Shown here: positions 1 through 64,000 of the stretch, one piece after another
Position numbering within the stretch: position 1 is the first letter of the stretch
Layout of the letters: the number at the start of each line of letters is the position of its first letter
Source: Octopus vulgaris
Taxonomy: Eukaryota
Reading direction: 5' to 3'
NCBI GenBank assembly: GCA_951406725.2
Contig: OX597832.1
Location: forward strand, 53,320,001-53,384,000
DNA: 64,000 nt
Notes under the pieces: generated by a model
What the model was told of the DNA's origin: nothing
Seen by the model: only the letters and a program-made list of their open reading frames with translations
Databases searched by the model: none
Position numbers and translations under genes: made by a program

Positions 1-188
1 TGCTGGAGCGGAACCCCAAGGAAACATTCAACTGGCTCGAAGAACCCCTGTGCAATAATTTAATAGTCTTATGCACAGGAGAATTAAAAATTACTGCCGA
101 TTTTAGCAGTTTTGTAACTTCTTGCGGAACCCCTGGACTATACTGGTGGAACCCTAAGGTTCCGCGGAACCCTGGTTGAAAACCGCTG
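1..188 (-). mobile_element. hAT (Charlie-like) MITE, truncated by the window edge
   Basis: Reverse complement of 63472..63670; ends in TIR ...GGTTGAAAACCGCTG. Confidence 0.85.
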
Positions 189-1021
189 ATCTATATTAAA
201 GCCTCTTGTGAGAAAATTGAGATGTCAGTGTCTTGAAGACAGAATGTGATATGAATGGTGTGCAAAAGGCATTTTGAAGAAAATGTCAAGTTGAAACAAG
301 TTTAAAACTAATTTTCTAATTTTAATTGCCATTTAACATGCAGTTAAGGATACATCATTGCTTTGCCAATATGAATAGAAAACATTTATTATTCATAACT
401 AACTCAGTGTTGTATAATACAGTGAATTTATAGTTAATAGTAATTTATAATTTATAGAATTCATAGTTAATTACAGTTAATAACAGTGAAATTAGAAAAC
501 ATGAGCTGGCAGAGAATCTAATTTCAGTTAAATTCTAAGTAGAATCTTGCAGCTGTTTTAAGTGCTTTTTTTTTTTTTGGTTATTTAACCTCAAATAGAA
601 TTTATGCAAGCCAAGTTCTTTTTCATTACATATACATACAAGCACACACATATATATATAATGAGAGGTTGTGGCGATGCTGGGACACTGTCAATGGTAT
701 GATGACAAGTTTATTTCATTTCACTTTTACAATTCTTCCTGTTTAATAGGTTTTGGTGAATCATTGAGTTGGACAATAAACATTTATCTAAGTGGTTTTT
801 GAACGCATCCTTATCTGCACTTTTCTAGGAGTTTTTTTTTTTTTTTTTGCAAGGTGGACCGTTAAACCTTATACTGTTACAACATTGGCTCCTTACTCTT
901 GACAGAGAGGATGAGGCCTTTAGTTCTATGCAATGGCATCCACTTCAGGGGTTTCTTTCGCTTTCAATTCCAAAGTGAAGTTCTTGACCCTCCAGAATTT
1001 TCCATAGATATATTCTTTTAT

Positions 1022-1170
1022 TCTTTTACTTGTTTCAGTCATTTGACTGCAGACATGCTGGAGCAGTGCCTCTAGTCAAGCCTACTTATAATTCTATCAG
1101 TCTCTTTTGCCGAACCGCTAAGTTACGAGGATGTAAACACACCAACATTGGTTGTCAAGCGATGGTGGGG

Positions 1171-1252
<82 letters not shown>

Positions 1253-1577
1253 CAATTCAGAGCAAATAATTCAGGAGAAAATATTTGCGTAGATATTGAC
1301 TCTATTATTATCTAGTGTCATCGTCATCATCATCATCAATTAAAAATGATAATAACAGAATCAATAATATAGGCGATTGCAGGCCCCAAAAGCATTAAAT
1401 AGCTGAAATACATGAGGGCTTCTATCAGTTTCTGTCTACCAAATCCACTCACAAGGCTTTGGTCGGCCTGAGGCTATAGTAGAAAATACTTGCCCAAGGT
1501 GCCATGCAGTAGGACTGAACCTGGAACCATGTGGTTGGGAAGCAAGCTTCTTACCACATGGCCACGTTGCACCTGTC
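1022..1577 (-). mobile_element. tRNA-derived SINE family A with internal (TA/CA)n, interrupted
   Basis: Both halves match the family A consensus seen at 10973..11382. Confidence 0.75.
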
Positions 1578-2020
1578 ATTGCATATTCTTCATGTCTTTG
1601 CTTTAGATAGTTGAGCATTATATGTGATTGATTTTTTTTTTGTCAGATTTAAACTTTTTGTCAGACAGATTTCTATCGGAGTCCTATTTTTTTAACAATG
1701 TAAATATATGTTAAAGGCACCAAACTCGAAGGGGAAAAAATTTTTCAAAGATTTTTTTATATCAGAATCACCTCTCTCTCTCTCTGCATGTTTTCCCACT
1801 GTTTCTTTGTCTTCCCTTCATTGTTTCTTCTCTTTCTTTCTTACCCCTCCTTCCTTTGTCCCTTCCCTGTCAATCATCACCCCCACCTCTCCCACCTAAC
1901 ACAACTATGCTTTAACAACAACAACAATGATGATGATGTTTGTGTATTGTAAATGTTACAGAAAATTTTCCATAATTATAATTTTGTCTTTTTAATTTTT
2001 TTTTTTAAATTTTTTTACAG

Positions 2021-62884
<60,864 letters not shown>

Positions 62885-63384
62885 TTGTTGGAACCAATCT
62901 CCTGTTGTTTTAAACTTCTTGCTCAACTCTAGACTGTTCAGCAGTATCTCAAATGCTAATCAAATCTTGATAAATGGTTTCTCAAGAACACATGAAAATA
63001 CCAATTCCAGTTAACAGAGCGGCTGATTCAAGGAAAGGTGCCAAGCTATATAAACATTTGCTCCTAAAATTTAGTTTCATCTGGTTAAAGATAGCATCAG
63101 TAAAACGGATATAAAATGAGCCAGCTCTTCTGTTATATTACAGTGTTATCTTTGCGTATATCGTTCATCCAGTACCAGGGCATTGTTGATTTCTTTTGAG
63201 TAATTGTTTCCAAATAATAAATTTGTTTTGGTTAAGCCTTTTAGCACTTCTGCTAGGAGCTAACTTGAACTATGACCAATATTTCTCGTATAAAATTCAC
63301 ATGTTAATCTGTGATACCACTGGTTAATACTGAGACATAAACAATCTTCCTTTAAAATATATTCCTTTTGAGTATCGATCTTTT

Positions 63385-63390
63385 AATAAA
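63385..63390 (+). terminator. Candidate WDR44 polyadenylation signal (a second AATAAA lies at 63216-63221)
   Basis: AATAAA about 500 nt after the stop, followed by a T/GT-rich tract; not transcript-verified. Confidence 0.4.
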
Positions 63391-63471
63391 AATCTAGCTT
63401 CTGTATCTCTGTATTTTCTCTTTAATATTTATTTTTTAACCAGAAATTTTCCCTTTTCAGAATTCCTATAC

Positions 63472-63690
63472 CAGTGGTTTTCAACCAGGGTTCCGCGGAA
63501 CCTTAGAGTTCCGCCAGTACAGTCCAGGGGTTCCACAAGAAGTTACAAAACTGCTAAAATCGGCAGTAATTTTTAATTCTCCTGTGCAGATATGTGTGCA
63601 TAAGACTATTAAATTATTGCACAGGGGTTCCTCAAGCTAGTGGAATGTTTCCTTGGGGTTCCGCTCCAGCAAAAATGTTGAAAAGCACTG
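63472..63690 (+). mobile_element. hAT (Charlie-like) MITE, complete
   Basis: TIRs CAGTGGTTTTCAAC / GTTGAAAAGCACTG; perfect 8-bp TSD TCCTATAC (63464-71 and 63691-98). Confidence 0.92.
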
Positions 63691-64000
63691 TCCTATACTA
63701 AACATATTACCATTACTAAACTTAATACCATTATTTGACTTACATGCAAATTATTTGCTAATTTTAAGATTGCTAAATAAGTACTGTGAAGGCACACAGC
63801 TCAGTGTTTAGAGCATCGGACTCATAATCATGAGTTAGTGAGTTCGATTCCTGGACCAGGCTGTATGTCATGTTCTTGAACAAGACACTTTATTTCATGT
63901 TGCTCCAGTTCACTCAGCTGTAGAAATGAGTTGCAACATCACTGGTGCTAAGATGCATTGGTGTTTGCCTTTCCCCTGGATAACATCAGTGGCATGGAGA

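Overview
This is an AT-rich animal genomic window. The repeat complement points to an octopus/coleoid cephalopod, which is an inference from recalled SINE families, not a database hit. One + strand gene spans the window: a WDR44/rabphilin-11 orthologue. I read 18 GT-AG coding exons by eye from 2021 to the stop at 62884 (2577 nt, 858 aa plus stop, all splice phases compatible); the N-terminal exon(s) lie upstream of the window. The introns are packed with mobile DNA. Retroelements include a 5'-truncated CR1-type LINE with an uninterrupted EN+RT ORF2, a 5'-truncated RTE-type LINE with a PHD finger inside ORF2, many RTE 3' tails, at least four tRNA-derived SINE families, and Penelope-type fragments with hammerhead-like cores. 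DNA elements include Helitrons/Helentrons, hAT, Tc1/mariner and TTAA MITEs. There are also micro- and minisatellites. There is no CRISPR, rRNA or bona fide tRNA. The best leads are: (1) a tandem array of predicted H-type pseudoknots in the 3' UTR of the PHD-RTE family; (2) the PHD finger embedded after the RT core; (3) a candidate -1 ribosomal frameshift signal (G GGU UUA plus hairpin) feeding an AUG-less CR1 ORF2; (4) GGTA(T/C)-directed insertion of one SINE subfamily; (5) inverted-repeat pairs positioned next to WDR44 splice sites. All coordinates were counted by hand; repeat boundaries are approximate unless a target-site duplication (TSD) or terminal inverted repeat (TIR) is quoted.
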